Source of the DNA: Squalus acanthias
Lineage: Eukaryota
Direction of reading: 5' to 3'
Assembly: GCA_030390025.1 (NCBI GenBank)
Contig: JASTWF010000356.1
Coordinates: 248,001-312,000 of the forward strand
Length of the DNA stretch: 64,000 nucleotides
The position numbers and the translations under genes are program-made. Below are positions 48,601 to 63,600 of the stretch, piece after piece (the first letter of the stretch is position 1; each line of letters begins with the position of its first letter). The notes below the pieces were generated by a model. That model worked only from the letters and a program-made list of their open reading frames with translations, was not told where the DNA came from and made no database searches.

Positions 48601-51600
48601 CAGAGTGTAACCCGGGGAGGATGGGCCCAGTGAGATCAGAAATTGTGTAACCCGCGGAGCATGGGCACAGTGTGATCAGACAGTGTGTAACAGGGAGGAT
48701 GGGCGCAGTGAGATCAGGCAGTGAGTAACAGGGAGGATGGGCAGATTGAGATCAGACAGTGTGTAACCCGGGGAGGATGGGCCCAGTGTGATCAGACAGT
48801 GTGTAACACGGGGAGTATGGGCCCAGTGAGATCAGACAGTCTGTAACCCGGGGACGATGGGACCAGTGAGATCAGACAGTGTGTAACCCGGGAGGATGGG
48901 CCCAGTGAGATCAGACAGTGTATAACCCGGGGAGGATGGACCAAGTGAGATCAGACATTGTGTAACCCGTGGTGGATGGGCCCAGTGAGATCAGACAGTG
49001 TGTAACCCGGGGAGGATGGGCCCAGTGAGATCAGACAGTGTGTAACCCGGGAGGATGGGCCCAGTGAGATCAGACAGTGTATAACCCGGGGAGGATGAGC
49101 CCAATGTGGTCAGACAGTGTATAACCTGGGTAGGATGGGCCCTGTGAGATCAGACAGTTTGTAACCCGGGGAGGATGGGCCCAGCGTCTTCAGACACTGT
49201 GTAACCCGGGGAGGATGGGCCCAGTCAGATCAAACATTGTGTAACCCGCGGTTGATTGGCCCAGTGAGTTAAAACCGTGTGTAACCCGGGGAGTATGGGC
49301 CCAAAGCGATCAGACAGTGTGTAACCCGGTGAAGATAAGCACACTGTGATCAGACAGTGTGTAATAGGGAGGATGGGCCCAGTGAGATCAGGCAGTGAGT
49401 AAGAGGGAGGATGGGCAGAGTGAGATCAGACGGTGTGTAACCCGAGGAGGATGGGCCCAGAGAGATCAAACAGTGTGTAAGCCTGGGAGGATGGGCCCAG
49501 TCAGATCAGACAGTGTGTAACCCCGGGTGAATGTACTCAGTGACATCAGACAGTGTGTAACCCGGGGAGGATGGGGCCAGTGAGATCAGACAGTGTGTAA
49601 CCCGGGGAGGATGGGGCCAGTGAGATCAGACAGTGTGTAACCCGGGGAGGATGGGGCCAGTGAGATCACACAGTGTGTAACCCGGGGAGGATGGGGCCAG
49701 TGAGATCAGACAGTGTGTAACCCGGGGAGGATGGGTCAGTGAGATCAGACAGTGTGTAACCCGAGTAGGATGGTCCCAATGAGATCAGACAGTGTGTAAC
49801 CGGGGAGGATGGCCCTTGTGAGATCAGACTGTGTGTAACTTGAGGAGGATGGGCCCAGTGAGATCAGACAGAGTGTAACCCGGGGAGGATGGGCCAAGCG
49901 TGTTCAGACAGTGTGTAACCCGGAATAGGATGGGCCCAGTGAGATCAGACATTTTGTAACCCGCGGAGCATGGGCCCAGTGAGATCAGACAGTGTGTAAC
50001 TCGGGGAGGATGGGCCCACTGAGATCAGACAGTGTGTAACCCGCGGAAGATGGGCACAGTGTGATCAGACAGTGTGTAACAGGGAGGATGGGCGCAGTGA
50101 GATCAGGCAGTGAGTAACAGCGAGGATGGGCAGAGTGAGATCAGACAGTGTTTCACCCGGTGAGGATGGGCCCAGTGAAATCAGACAGTGTGTAACCTTG
50201 GGAGGATGGGCCCAGTCAGATCAGACAGTGTGAATCCCGGGGAGGATGGACCCAGTGTGATCAGACAGTGTGTAACACGGGGAGTATGGGCCCAGTGAGA
50301 TCAGACAGTCTGTAACCCGGGTACGATGGGCCCAGTGAGATCAGACAGTGTGCAACCCGGGGAGGATGGCCCAGTGAGATCAGACTGTGTGTAACCCGGG
50401 GAGGATGGACCAAGTGAGATCACACATTGTGTAACCCGTGGTGGATGGGCCCAGTGAGATCAGACAGTGTGTTACCCGGGAGAATGGGCCCAGTGAGATC
50501 AGACAGTGTATAACCCGGGGAGGATGAGCCCAATGTGGTCAGACAGTGTGTAACCTGGGTAGGATGGGCCCTGTGAGATCAGACAGTGTGTAACCCGGGG
50601 AGGATGGGCCCAGCGTGTTCAGACAATGTGTAACCCGGGGAGGATGGGCCCAGTGAGATCAATCATTGTGTAACTCGCGGTTGATTGGCCCAGTGAGATC
50701 AGACCGTGTGAAACCCGGGGAGGATGGGCCTAAAGCGATCAGACAGTGTGTAACCCGGGGAAGATAAGCACAGTGTGATCAGACAGTGTGTAATAGGGAG
50801 GATGGGCTCAGTGAGATCAGGCAGTGAGTAAGAGGGAGGATGGGCAGAGTGAGATCAGACAGTGTGTAACCCGGGGAGGATGGGCCCAGAGAGATCAAAC
50901 AGTGTGTAAGCCTGGGAGGATGGTCCAGTGAGATCAGACAGTGTGTAACCCCGGGTGAATGTACTCAGTGACATCAGACAGTGTGTAACCCGGGGAGGAT
51001 GGGATCTGTGAGATAAGAGAGTGAATAGCCCGGGGAGGATGGGCCCAGTGAGATCAGACAGTGTGTAACACGGGCAGGATGGGCCCAGTGAGATCAGACA
51101 GTGTGTAACACGGGGAGGATGGTCCCAGTGAGATCAGACAGTGTGTAACCCGGAGAGGATGGTCCCAGTGAGATCAGACAGTGTGTAATCCGGGGAGGAT
51201 GGGCCCAGTGAGATCAGACAGTGTGTAACACGGGGAGGATGGGCCCAGTGAGATCAGAGAGTTTGTAACCCGGGGAGGATGGATCCAGTGAGATCAGACA
51301 GTGTGTAACCCGGGGAGGATGGGATCTGTGAGATAAGAGAGTGAATAGCCCGGGGAGGATGGGCCCAGTGAGATCAGACAGTGTGTAATCCGGGGAGGAT
51401 GGGCCCAGTGAGATCAGACAGTATTTATCCCGGGGAGGATGGGTCCAGTGAGATCAGACAGTGTGTGACACGGGGAGGATGGACTCAGTGAGATCAGACA
51501 GTGTGTAACCCCGGGAGGATGGCCCAGTGAGATCAGACTGTGTGTAACCCGGGGAGGATGGACCATGTGAGATCAGACAGTGTGTAACCCGTGGTGGATG

Positions 51601-54600
51601 GGCCCAGTGAGATCAGACAGTGTGCAACCCGGGGAGGATGGGCCCAGTGAGATCAGACAGTGTGTAACCCGGGAGGATGGGCCCAGTGAGATCAGACAGT
51701 GTATAACACGGGGAGGATGAGCCCAATGTGGCCAGACAGTGTGTAACCTGGGTAGGATGGGCCCTGTGAGATCAGACAGTGTGTAACCCGGGGAGGATGG
51801 GCCCAGCGTGTTCAGACAGTGTGTAACCCGGGGAGGATGGGCCCAGTGAGATCAAACATTGTGTAACCAGCGGTTGATTTGCCCAGTGAGATCAGACAGT
51901 CTGTAACCCGGGGAGGATGGGCCCAGTGAGATCAGGCAGTGTGTAACCCGGGGAGGATGGACCCAGTGTGAGCAGACAGTGTGTAAGCCGGGGAGGATGG
52001 GCCCAGTGAGATCAGACAGTGTGTAACAGGGGGAGGATGGGCCCAATGAGATCAGGCAGTGTGTAACCCGGGGAGGATGAGCCCAGTGAGATCAGACAGT
52101 GTTTAATCCGGGGAGGATGGGCCCAGGGAGATCAGACAGAGTGTAGGCCGGAGAATTTGGGCCCAGTGACATCAGACAATGTGTAACCCGGGGAGGATGG
52201 GCCGAGTGAGATCTAAGACTGTGTAACCCGGGGAGGACGCGCCCAGTGAGATCAGACAGTGAGTAACCCGGGGAGGATGGGCTCAGTGAGATCAGACAGT
52301 GTGTAACCCGGGGAGGATGGTCCCAGTGCGATCAGACAATGTATAACCCGGGGAGGATGAGCCCAGTGAGATCAGACAGTGTGTAACCCGGTGAGGATGG
52401 GCCCAGTGAGATCAGACAGTGTGTAACCCGGTGAGGATGGGCCCAGTGAGATACGACAGTGTGTAACCCGGGGAGGAAGTGCCCAGTGAGATCAGACAGT
52501 GTGTAACAAGGAGAGGATGAGCCCAATGAGATCAGACAGTGTGTGACGCTGTGAGGATAAGCCCAGTGAGACTCGACAGTGTGTAACCCGGGACGGGGGC
52601 CAGTGAGATCAGTTCATGTGTAATCAGGGGACAATGGGCCCAATGAAATCAGACAGTGTGTAACACGGCCAGAAAGGGCCCAGTGAGCTCAGACAGTGTG
52701 TAACGCGGGGAGGATGGGCCCAGTGAGATCAGACAGTGTGTAACACGGGGAGGATGGGCCCAGTGAGATCAGACAGTGTGTAACGCGGGGAGGATGGGCA
52801 AGTGAGATCAGACAGTGTGTAACCCCGGGATTATGGACCCAGTGAGATCAGAGAGTGTGGAACCCGGGGAGGACGCGCCCAGTGAGATCAGACAGTGTGT
52901 AACCCGGGGAGGATGGGCTCAGTGTGATGAGACAGTGTGTTACCCGGGGAGGATGAGCCCACTGAGGGCAGATGGTGACTAAACCGAGGAGGATGGGCCC
53001 AGTATGATCAGACAATGTTTAACCCGGGGAGGATGGGCCCAGTGCTATCAGAAAGTGTATAACCCGGGGAGGATGGGCCCAATGAGATCAGACAGTGTGT
53101 AACCCGGGAGGATGGGCCCAGTGAGATCAGACAGTGTATAACCCGGGGAGGATGAGCCCAATGTGAGCAGACAGTGTGTAACCTGGGTAGGATGGGCCCT
53201 GTGAGATCAGACAGTGTGTAACCCGGGGAGGATGGGCCCAGTGAGATCAAACATTGTGTAACCCGCGGTTGATTGGCCCAGTGAGTTCAGACCTTGTGTA
53301 ACCCGGGGAGGATGGGCCCAAAGCGATCAGACAGTGTGTAACCCGGGGAAGATACGCACAGTGTGATCAGACAGTGTGTAATAGGGAGGATGGGCCCAGT
53401 GAGATCAGGCAGTGAGTAATAGGGACGGTGGGCAGAGTGAGATCAGACAGTGTGTAACCCGGGGAGGATGGGGCCAGAGAGATCAGACAGTGTGTAAGCC
53501 TGGGAGGATGGGCCCAGTCAGATCAGACAGTGTGCAACTCGCGGAGGATGTGCACAGTGAATTCAAACATTGTGTAACAGGGGGAGGATGGGCCCAGTGA
53601 AATCAGACAGTGTGTAACCTGGGGAGGATGGGCCCAGTCAGATCAGACAGTCTGTAACCCGGGGACGATGGGCCCAGTGAGATCAGACAGTGTGCAACCC
53701 GGGGAGGATGGCCCAGTGAGATCAGACTGTGTGTAACCCGGGGAGGATGGACCAAGTGAGATCAGACATTGTGTAACCCGTGGTTGGATGGGCCCAGTGA
53801 GATCAGACAGTGTGTAACCCGGGGAGGATGGGCCCAGTGAGATCAGACAGTGTGTAACCCGGGAGGATGTGCCCAGTGAGATTCAGACAGTGTTTAACCC
53901 TGGGAGGATGGGTCCAGTGATCAGACAGAGTGTAACCCGGGGTGGATGGGCCCAATGAGATCAGACAGTGTGTAACCCGGTGAGGATGGACCCAGTGAAA
54001 TCAGACAGTGTGTAACCCGGCGAGTATTGGTTCAGTGTGATCAGACAGTGTGTAACCAAGGGAGGATGGGCCCAGTGAGATCAAACCTTGTGTAACCCCG
54101 GCAGGATGGGCCCAGTGAGATCAGACAGAGTGCAACTCGCGGAGGATGTGCACAGTGAATTCAAACATTGTGTAACAGGGGGAGGATGGGCCCAGTGAGA
54201 TCCGACAGTGTGTAACCCCGGGAGAATGGCCTCAGTGAAATCAGACAGTGTGTAACCCGGGGAGGATTGATCCAGGGTGATCAGACAGTGTGTAACACGG
54301 GGAGGATGGGCTCAGTGAGATCAGACAGTGTTTAATCCGGGGAGGATGGGGCCAATGAGATCAGACAGTGTGTAACCCGAGTAGGATGGTCCCAATGAGA
54401 TCAGACAGTGTGTAACCGGTGAGGATGGCCCTTGTGAGATCAGACTGTGTGTAACTTGGGGAGGATGGGCCCAGTGAGATCAGACAGAGTGTAACCCGGG
54501 GAGGATGGGCCCAGCGTGCTCAGACAGTGTGTAACAGGGAGGATGGGCAGAGTGAGATCAGAAAGTGTGTAACCCGGGGAGGATGGGACAAGTGAAATCA

Positions 54601-57600
54601 GACAGTGTGTAACCTGGGGAGGATGGGCCCAGCGTGTTCAGACAGTGTGTAACCCGGGATAGGATGGGCCCAGTGAGATCAGACAGTGTGTAACACGGGG
54701 AGGATGGGCCCACTGAGATCAGACAGTGTGTAACCCGGGGAAGATGGGCACAGTGTGATCAGACAGTCTGTAACAGGGAGGATGAGCAGAGTGAGATCAG
54801 ACAGTGTGTAACCCGGTGAGGATGGGCCCAGTGAAATCAGACAGTGTGTAACCTGGGGAGGATGGGCCCAGTCAGATCAGACAGTGCGAATCCCGGGGAG
54901 GATGGGCCCAGTGTGATCAGACAGTGTGTAACCCGGGGAGGATGGGCCCAGTGAGATCAGACAGTGTGTAACCCGGGAGGATGTGCCCAGTGAGATCAGA
55001 CAGTGTTTAACCCTGGGAGGATGGCTCCAGTGATCAGACAGAGTGTAACCCGGGGTGGATGGGCCCAATGAGATCAGACAGTGTGTAACCCGGTGAGGAT
55101 GGACCCAGTGAAATCAGACAGTGTGTAACCCGGCGAGTATTGGTTCAGTGTGATCAGACAGTGTGTAACCAAGGGAGGATGGGCCCAGTGAGATCAAACC
55201 TTGTGTAACCCCGGCAGGATGGGCCCAGTGAGATCAGACAGAGTGCATCTCGCGGAGGATGTGCACAGTGAATTCAAACATTGTGTAAAAGGGGGAGGAT
55301 GGGCCCAGTGAGATCCGACAGTGTGTAACCCCGGGAGAATGGCCTCAGTTAAATCAGACAGTGTGTAACCCGGGGAGTAGGCCCCAGTGAAGTCAGACAG
55401 TGTGTAACCCGGGGAGGATTGATCCAGGGTGATCAGACAGTGTGTAACCCGGGGAGGATGGATCCAGTTCGATCAGTCAGTGTGTAACCCGGGGAGGATG
55501 GGGCCAGTGAGATCAGACAGTGTTTAATCCGGGAAGGATGGGGCCAGTGAGATCAGACAGTGTGTAACACGGGGAGGATGGGCTCAGTGAGATCAGACAG
55601 TGTTTAATCCGGGAAGGATGGGGCCAGTGAGATCAGACTGTGTGTAACCCGGGGAGGATGGGGCCAGTGAGATCAGACTGTGTGTAACCCGGGGAGGATG
55701 GGGCCAGTGAGATCAGACAGTGTTTAATCCGGGAAGGATGGGGCCAGTGAGATCAGACAGTGTGTAACACGGGGAGGATGGGCTCAGTGAGATCAGACAG
55801 TGTTTAATCCGGGAAGGATGGGGCCAGTGAGATCAGACTGTGTGTAACCCGGGGAGGATGGGGCCAGTGAGATCAGACAGTGTGTAACCCGAGTAGGATG
55901 GTGCCAATGAGATCAGACAGTGTGTAACCGGTGAGGATGGCCCTTGTGAGATCAGACTGTCTGTAACTTGGGGAGGATGGGCCCAGTTAGATCAGACAGA
56001 GTGTAACCCGGGGAGGATGGGCCCAGTGAGATCAGAAATTGTGTAACCCGCGGAGCATGGGCACAGTGTGATCAGACAGTGTGTAACAGGGAGGATGGGC
56101 GCAGTGAGATCAGGCAGTGAGTAACAGGGAGGATGGGCAGATTGAGATCAGACAGTGTGTAACCCGGGGAGGATGGGCCCAGTGTGATCAGACAGTGTGT
56201 AACACGGGGAGTATGGGCCCAGTGAGATCAGACAGTCTGTAACCCGGGGACGATGGGACCAGTGAGATCAGACAGTGTGTAACCCGGGAGGATGGGCCCA
56301 GTGAGATCAGACAGTGTATAACCCGGGGAGGATGGACCAAGTGAGATCAGACATTGTGTAACCCGTGGTGGATGGGCCCAGTGAGATCAGACAGTGTGTA
56401 ACCCGGGGAGGATGGGCCCAGTGAGATCAGACAGTGTGTAACCCGGGAGGATGGGCCCAGTGAGATCAGACAGTGTATAACCCGGGGAGGATGAGCCCAA
56501 TGTGGTCAGACAGTGTATAACCTGGGTAGGATGGGCCCTGTGAGATCAGACAGTTTGTAACCCGGGCAGGATGGGCCCAGCGTCTTCAGACACTGTGTAA
56601 CCCGGGGAGGATGGGCCCAGTCAGATCAAACATTGTGTAACCCGCGGTTGATTGGCCCAGTGAGTTAAAACCGTGTGTAACCCGGGGAGTATGGGCCCAA
56701 AGCGATCAGACAGTGTGTAACCCGGTGAAGATAAGCACACTGTGATCAGACAGTGTGTAATAGGGAGGATGGGCCCAGTGAGATCAGGCAGTGAGTAAGA
56801 GGGAGGATGGGCAGAGTGAGATCAGACGGTGTGTAACCCGAGGAGGATGGGCCCAGAGAGATCAAACAGTGTGTAAGCCTGGGAGGATGGGCCCAGTCAG
56901 ATCAGACAGTGTGTAACCCCGGGTGAATGTACTCAGTGACATCAGACAGTGTGTAACCCGGGGAGGATGGGGCCAGTGAGATCAGACAGTGTGTAACCCG
57001 GGGAGGATGGGGCCAGTGAGATCAGACAGTGTGTAACCCGGGGAGGATGGGCCCAGTGAGATCACACAGTGTGTAACCCGGGGAGGATGGGGCCAGTGAG
57101 ATCAGACAGTGTGTAACCCGGGGAGGATGGGTCAGTGAGATCAGACAGTGTGTAACCCGAGTAGGATGGTCCCAATGAGATCAGACAGTGTGTAACCGGG
57201 GAGGATGGCCCTTGTGAGATCAGACTGTGTGTAACTTGAGGAGGATGGGCCCAGTGAGTTCAGACAGAGTGTAACCCGGGGAGGATGGGCCAAGCGTGTT
57301 CAGACAGTGTGTAACCCGGAATAGGATGGGCCCAGTGAGATCAGACATTTTGTAACCCGCGGAGCATGGGCCCAGTGAGATCAGACAGTGTGTAACCCGG
57401 GGAGGATGGGCCCACTGAGATCAGACAGTGTGTAACCCGCGGAAGATGGGCACAGTGTGATCAGACAGTGTGTAACAGGGAGGATGGGCGCAGTGAGATC
57501 AGGCAGTGAGTAACAGGGAGGATGGGCAGAGTGAGATCAGACAGTGTTTCACCCGGTGAGGATGGGCCCAGTGAAATCAGACAGTGTGTAACCTTGGGAG

Positions 57601-60600
57601 GATGGGCCCAGTCAGATCAGACAGTGTGAATCCCGGGGAGGATGGACCCAGTGTGATCAGACAGTGTGTAACACGGGGAGTATGGGCCCAGTGAGATCAG
57701 ACAGTCTGTAACCCGGGTACGATGGGCCCAGTGAGATCAGACAGTGTGCAACCCGGGGAGGATGGCCCAGTGAGATCAGACTGTGTGTAACCCGGGGAGG
57801 ATGGACCAAGTGAGATCACACATTGTGTAACCCGTGGTGGATGGGCCCAGTGAGATCAGACAGTGTGTTACCCGGGAGAATGGGCCCAGTGAGATCAGAC
57901 AGTGTATAACCCGGGGAGGATGAGCCCAATGTGGTCAGACAGTGTGTAACCTGGGTAGGATGGGCCCTGTGAGATCAGACAGTGTGTAACCCGGGGAGGA
58001 TGGGCCCAGCGTGTTCAGACAATGTGTAACCCGGGGAGGATGGGCCCAGTGAGATCAATCATTGTGTAACTCGCGGTTGATTGGCCCAGTGAGATCAGAC
58101 CGTGTGAAACCCGGGGAGGATGGGCCTAAAGCGATCAGACAGTGTGTAACCCGGGGAAGATAAGCACAGTGTGATCAGACAGTGTGTAATAGGGAGGATG
58201 GGCCCAGTGAGATCAGGCAGTGAGTAAGAGGGAGGATGGGCAGAGTGAGATCAGACAGTGTGTAACCCGGGGAGGATGGGCCCAGAGAGATCAAACAGTG
58301 TGTAAGCCTGGGAGGATGGTCCAGTGAGATCAGACAGTGTGTAACCCCGGGTGAATGTACTCAGTGACATCAGACAGTGTGTAACCCGGGGAGGATGGGA
58401 TCTGTGAGATAAGAGAGTGAATAGCCCGGGGAGGATGGGCCCAGTGAGATCAGACAGTGTGTAACACGGGCAGGATGGGCCCAGTGAGATCAGACAGTGT
58501 GTAACACGGGGAGGATGGTCCCAGTGAGATCAGACAGTGTGTAACCCGGAGAGGATGGTCCCAGTGAGATCAGACAGTGTGTAACCCGGGGAGGATGGGC
58601 CCAGTGAGATCAGACAGTGTGTAACACGGGGAGGATGGGCCCAGTGAGATCAGACAGTTTGTAACCCGGGGAGGATGGATCCAGTGAGATCAGACAGTGT
58701 GTAACCCGGGGAGGATGGGATCTGTGAGATAAGAGAGTGAATAGCCCGGGGAGGATGGGCCCAGTGAGATCAGACAGTGTGTAATCCGGGGAGGATGGGC
58801 CCAGTGAGATCAGACAGTATTTATCCCGGGGAGGATGGGTCCAGTGAGATCAGACAGTGTGTGACACGGGGAGGATGGACTCAGTGAGATCAGACAGTGT
58901 GTAACCCCGGGAGGATGGCCCAGTGAGATCAGACTGTGTGTAACCCGGGGAGGATGGACCATGTGAGATCAGACAGTGTGTAACCCGTGGTGGATGGGCC
59001 CAGTGAGATCAGACAGTGTGCAACCCGGGGAGGATGGGCCCAGTGAGATCAGACAGTGTGTAACCCGGGAGGATGGGCCCAGTGAGATCAGACAGTGTAT
59101 AACACGGGGAGGATGAGCCCAATGTGGCCAGACAGTGTGTAACCTGGGTAGGATGGGCCCTGTGAGATCAGACAGTGTGTAACCCGGGGAGGATGGGCCC
59201 AGCGTGTTCAGACAGTGTGTAACCCGGGGAGGATGGGCCCAATGAGATCAAACATTGTGTAACCAGCGGTTGATTTGCCCAGTGAGATCAGACAGTTTGT
59301 AACCCGGGGAGGATGGGCCCAGTGAGATCAGGCAGTGTGTAACCCGGGGAGGATGGACCCAGTGTGAGCAGACAGTGTGTAAGCCGGGGAGGATGGGCCC
59401 AGTGAGATCAGACAGTGTGTAACAGGGGGAGGATGGGCCCAATGAGATCAGGCAGTGTGTAACCCGGGGAGGATGAGCCCAGTGAGATCAGACAGTGTTT
59501 AATCCGGGGAGGATGGGCCCAGGGAGATCAGACAGAGTGTAGGCCGGAGAATTTGGGCCCAGTGACATCAGACAATGTGTAACCCGGGGAGGATGGGCCG
59601 AGTGAGATCTAAGACTGTGTAACCCGGGGAGGACGCGCCCAGTGAGATCAGACAGTGAGTAACCCGGGGAGGATGGGCTCAGTGAGATCAGACAGTGTGT
59701 AACCCGGGGAGGATGGTCCCAGTGCGATCAGACAATGTATAACCCGGGGAGGATGAGCCCAGTGAGATCAGACAGTGTGTAACCCGGTGAGGATGGGCCC
59801 AGTGAGATCAGACAGTGTGTAACCCGGTGAGGATGGGCCCAGTGAGATACGACAGTGTGTAACCCGGGGAGGAAGTGCCCAGTGAGATCAGACAGTGTGT
59901 AACAAGGAGAGGATGAGCCCAATGAGATCAGACAGTGTGTGACGCTGTGAGGATAAGCCCAGTGAGACTCGACAGTGTGTAACCCGGGACGGGGGCCAGT
60001 GAGATCAGTTCATGTGTAATCAGGGGACAATGGGCCCAATGAAATCAGACAGTGTGTAACACGGCCAGAAAGGGCCCAGTGAGCTCAGACAGTGTGTAAC
60101 GCGGGGAGGATGGGCCCAGTGAGATCAGACAGTGTGTAACACGGGGAGGATGGGCCCAGTGAGATCAGACAGTGTGTAACGCGGGGAGGATGGGCAAGTG
60201 AGATCAGACAGTGTGTAACCCCGGGATTATGGACCCAGTGAGATCAGAGAGTGTGGAACCCGGGGAGGACGCGCCCAGTGAGATCAGACAGTGTGTAACC
60301 CGGGGAGGATGGGCTCAGTGTGATGAGACAGTGTGTTACCCGGGGAGGATGAGCCCACTGAGGGCAGATGGTGACTAAACCGAGGAGGATGGGCCCAGTA
60401 TGATCAGACAATGTTTAACCCGGGGAGGATGGGCCCAGTGCTATCAGAAAGTGTATAACCCGGGGAGGATGGGCCCAATGAGATCAGACAGTGTGTAACC
60501 CGGGAGGATGGGCCCAGTGAGATCAGACAGTGTATAACCCGGGGAGGATGAGCCCAATGTGATCAGACAGTGTGTAACCTGGGTAGGATGGGCCCTGTGA

Positions 60601-63600
60601 GATCAGACAGTGTGTAACCCGGGGAGGATGGGCCCAGTGAGATCAAACATTGTGTAACCCGCGGTTGATTGGCCCAGTGAGTTCAGACCTTGTGTAACCC
60701 GGGGAGGATGGGCCCAAAGCGATCAGACAGTGTGTAACCCGGGGAAGATACGCACAGTGTGATCAGACAGTGTGTAATAGGGAGGATGGGCCCAGTGAGA
60801 TCAGGCAGTGAGTAATAGGGACGGTGGGCAGAGTGAGATCAGACAGTGTGTAACCCGGGGAGGATGGGGCCAGAGAGATCAGACAGTGTGTAAGCCTGGG
60901 AGGATGGGCCCAGTCAGATCAGACAGTGTGCAACTCGCGGAGGATGTGCACAGTGAATTCAAACATTGTGTAACAGGGGGAGGATGGGCCCAGTGAAATC
61001 AGACAGTGTGTAACCTGGGGAGGATGGGCCCAGTCAGATCAGACAGTCTATAACCCGGGGACGATGGGCCCAGTGAGATCAGACAGTGTGCAACCCGGGG
61101 AGGATGGCCCAGTGAGATCAGACTGTGTGTAACCCGGGGAGGATGGACCAAGTGAGATCAGACATTGTGTAACCCGTGGTTGGATGGGCCCAGTGAGATC
61201 AGACAGTGTGTAACCCGGGGAGGATGGGCCCAGTGAGATCAGACAGTGTGTAACCCGGGAGGATGTGCCCAGTGAGATTCAGACAGTGTTTAACCCTGGG
61301 AGGATGGGTCCAGTGATCAGACAGAGTGTAACCCGGGGTGGATGGGCCCAATGAGATCAGACAGTGTGTAACCCGGTGAGGATGGACCCAGTGAAATCAG
61401 ACAGTGTGTAACCCGGCGAGTATTGGTTCAGTGTGATCAGACAGTGTGTAACCAAGGGAGGATGGGCCCAGTGAGATCAAACCTTGTGTAACCCCGGCAG
61501 GATGGGCCCAGTGAGATCAGACAGAGTGCAACTCGCGGAGGATGTGCACAGTGAATTCAAACATTGTGTAACAGGGGGAGGATGGGCCCAGTGAGATCCG
61601 ACAGTGTGTAACCCCGGGAGAATGGCCTCAGTGAAATCAGACAGTGTGTAACCCGGGGAGGATTGATCCAGGGTGATCAGACAGTGTGTAACACGGGGAG
61701 GATGGGCTCAGTGAGATCAGACAGTGTTTAATCCGGGGAGGATGGGGCCAATGAGATCAGACAGTGTGTAACCCGAGTAGGATGGTCCCAATGAGATCAG
61801 ACAGTGTGTAACCGGTGAGGATGGCCCTTGTGAGATCAGACTGTGTGTAACTTGGGGAGGATGGGCCCAGTGAGATCAGACAGAGTGTAACCCGGGGAGG
61901 ATGGGCCCAGCGTGCTCAGACAGTGTGTAACAGGGAGGATGGGCAGAGTGAGATCAGAAAGTGTGTAACCCGGGGAGGATGGGACAAGTGAAATCAGACA
62001 GTGTGTAACCTGGGGAGGATGGGCCCAGCGTGTTCAGACAGTGTGTAACCCGGGATAGGATGGGCCCAGTGAGATCAGACAGTGTGTAACACGGGGAGGA
62101 TGGGCCCACTGAGATCAGACAGTGTGTAACCCGGGGAAGATGGGCACAGTGTGATCAGACAGTCTGTAACAGGGAGGATGAGCAGAGTGAGATCAGACAG
62201 TGTGTAACCCGGTGAGGATGGGCCCAGTGAAATCAGACAGTGTGTAACCTGGGGAGGATGGGCCCAGTCAGATCAGACAGTGCGAATCCCGGGGAGGATG
62301 GGCCCAGTGTGATCAGACAGTGTGTAACCCGGGGAGGATGGGCCCAGTGAGATCAGACAGTGTGTAACCCGGGAGGATGTGCCCAGTGAGATCAGACAGT
62401 GTTTAACCCTGGGAGGATGGCTCCAGTGATCAGACAGAGTGTAACCCGGGGTGGATGGGCCCAATGAGATCAGACAGTGTGTAACCCGGTGAGGATGGAC
62501 CCAGTGAAATCAGACAGTGTGTAACCCGGCGAGTATTGGTTCAGTGTGATCAGACAGTGTGTAACCAAGGGAGGATGGGCCCAGTGAGATCAAACCTTGT
62601 GTAACCCCGGCAGGATGGGCCCAGTGAGATCAGACAGAGTGCATCTCGCGGAGGATGTGCACAGTGAATTCAAACATTGTGTAAAAGGGGGAGGATGGGC
62701 CCAGTGAGATCCGACAGTGTGTAACCCCGGGAGAATGGCCTCAGTTAAATCAGACAGTGTGTAACCCGGGGAGTAGGCCCCAGTGAAGTCAGACAGTGTG
62801 TAACCCGGGGAGGATTGATCCAGGGTGATCAGACAGTGTGTAACCCGGGGAGGATGGATCCAGTTCGATCAGTCAGTGTGTAACCCGGGGAGGATGGGGC
62901 CAGTGAGATCAGACAGTGTTTAATCCGGGAAGGATGGGGCCAGTGAGATCAGACAGTGTGTAACACGGGGAGGATGGGCTCAGTGAGATCAGACAGTGTT
63001 TAATCCGGGAAGGATGGGGCCAGTGAGATCAGACTGTGTGTAACCCGGGGAGGATGGGGCCAGTGAGATCAGACTGTGTGTAACCCGGGGAGGATGGGGC
63101 CAGTGAGATCAGACAGTGTTTAATCCGGGAAGGATGGGGCCAGTGAGATCAGACAGTGTGTAACACGGGGAGGATGGGCTCAGTGAGATCAGACAGTGTT
63201 TAATCCGGGAAGGATGGGGCCAGTGAGATCAGACTGTGTGTAACCCGGGGAGGATGGGGCCAGTGAGATCAGACAGTGTGTAACCCGAGTAGGATGGTGC
63301 CAATGAGATCAGACAGTGTGTAACCGGTGAGGATGGCCCTTGTGAGATCAGACTGTCTGTAACTTGGGGAGGATGGGCCCAGTTAGATCAGACAGAGTGT
63401 AACCCGGGGAGGATGGGCCCAGTGAGATCAGAAATTGTGTAACCCGCGGAGCATGGGCACAGTGTGATCAGACAGTGTGTAACAGGGAGGATGGGCGCAG
63501 TGAGATCAGGCAGTGAGTAACAGGGAGGATGGGCAGATTGAGATCAGACAGTGTGTAACCCGGGGAGGATGGGCCCAGTGTGATCAGACAGTGTGTAACA

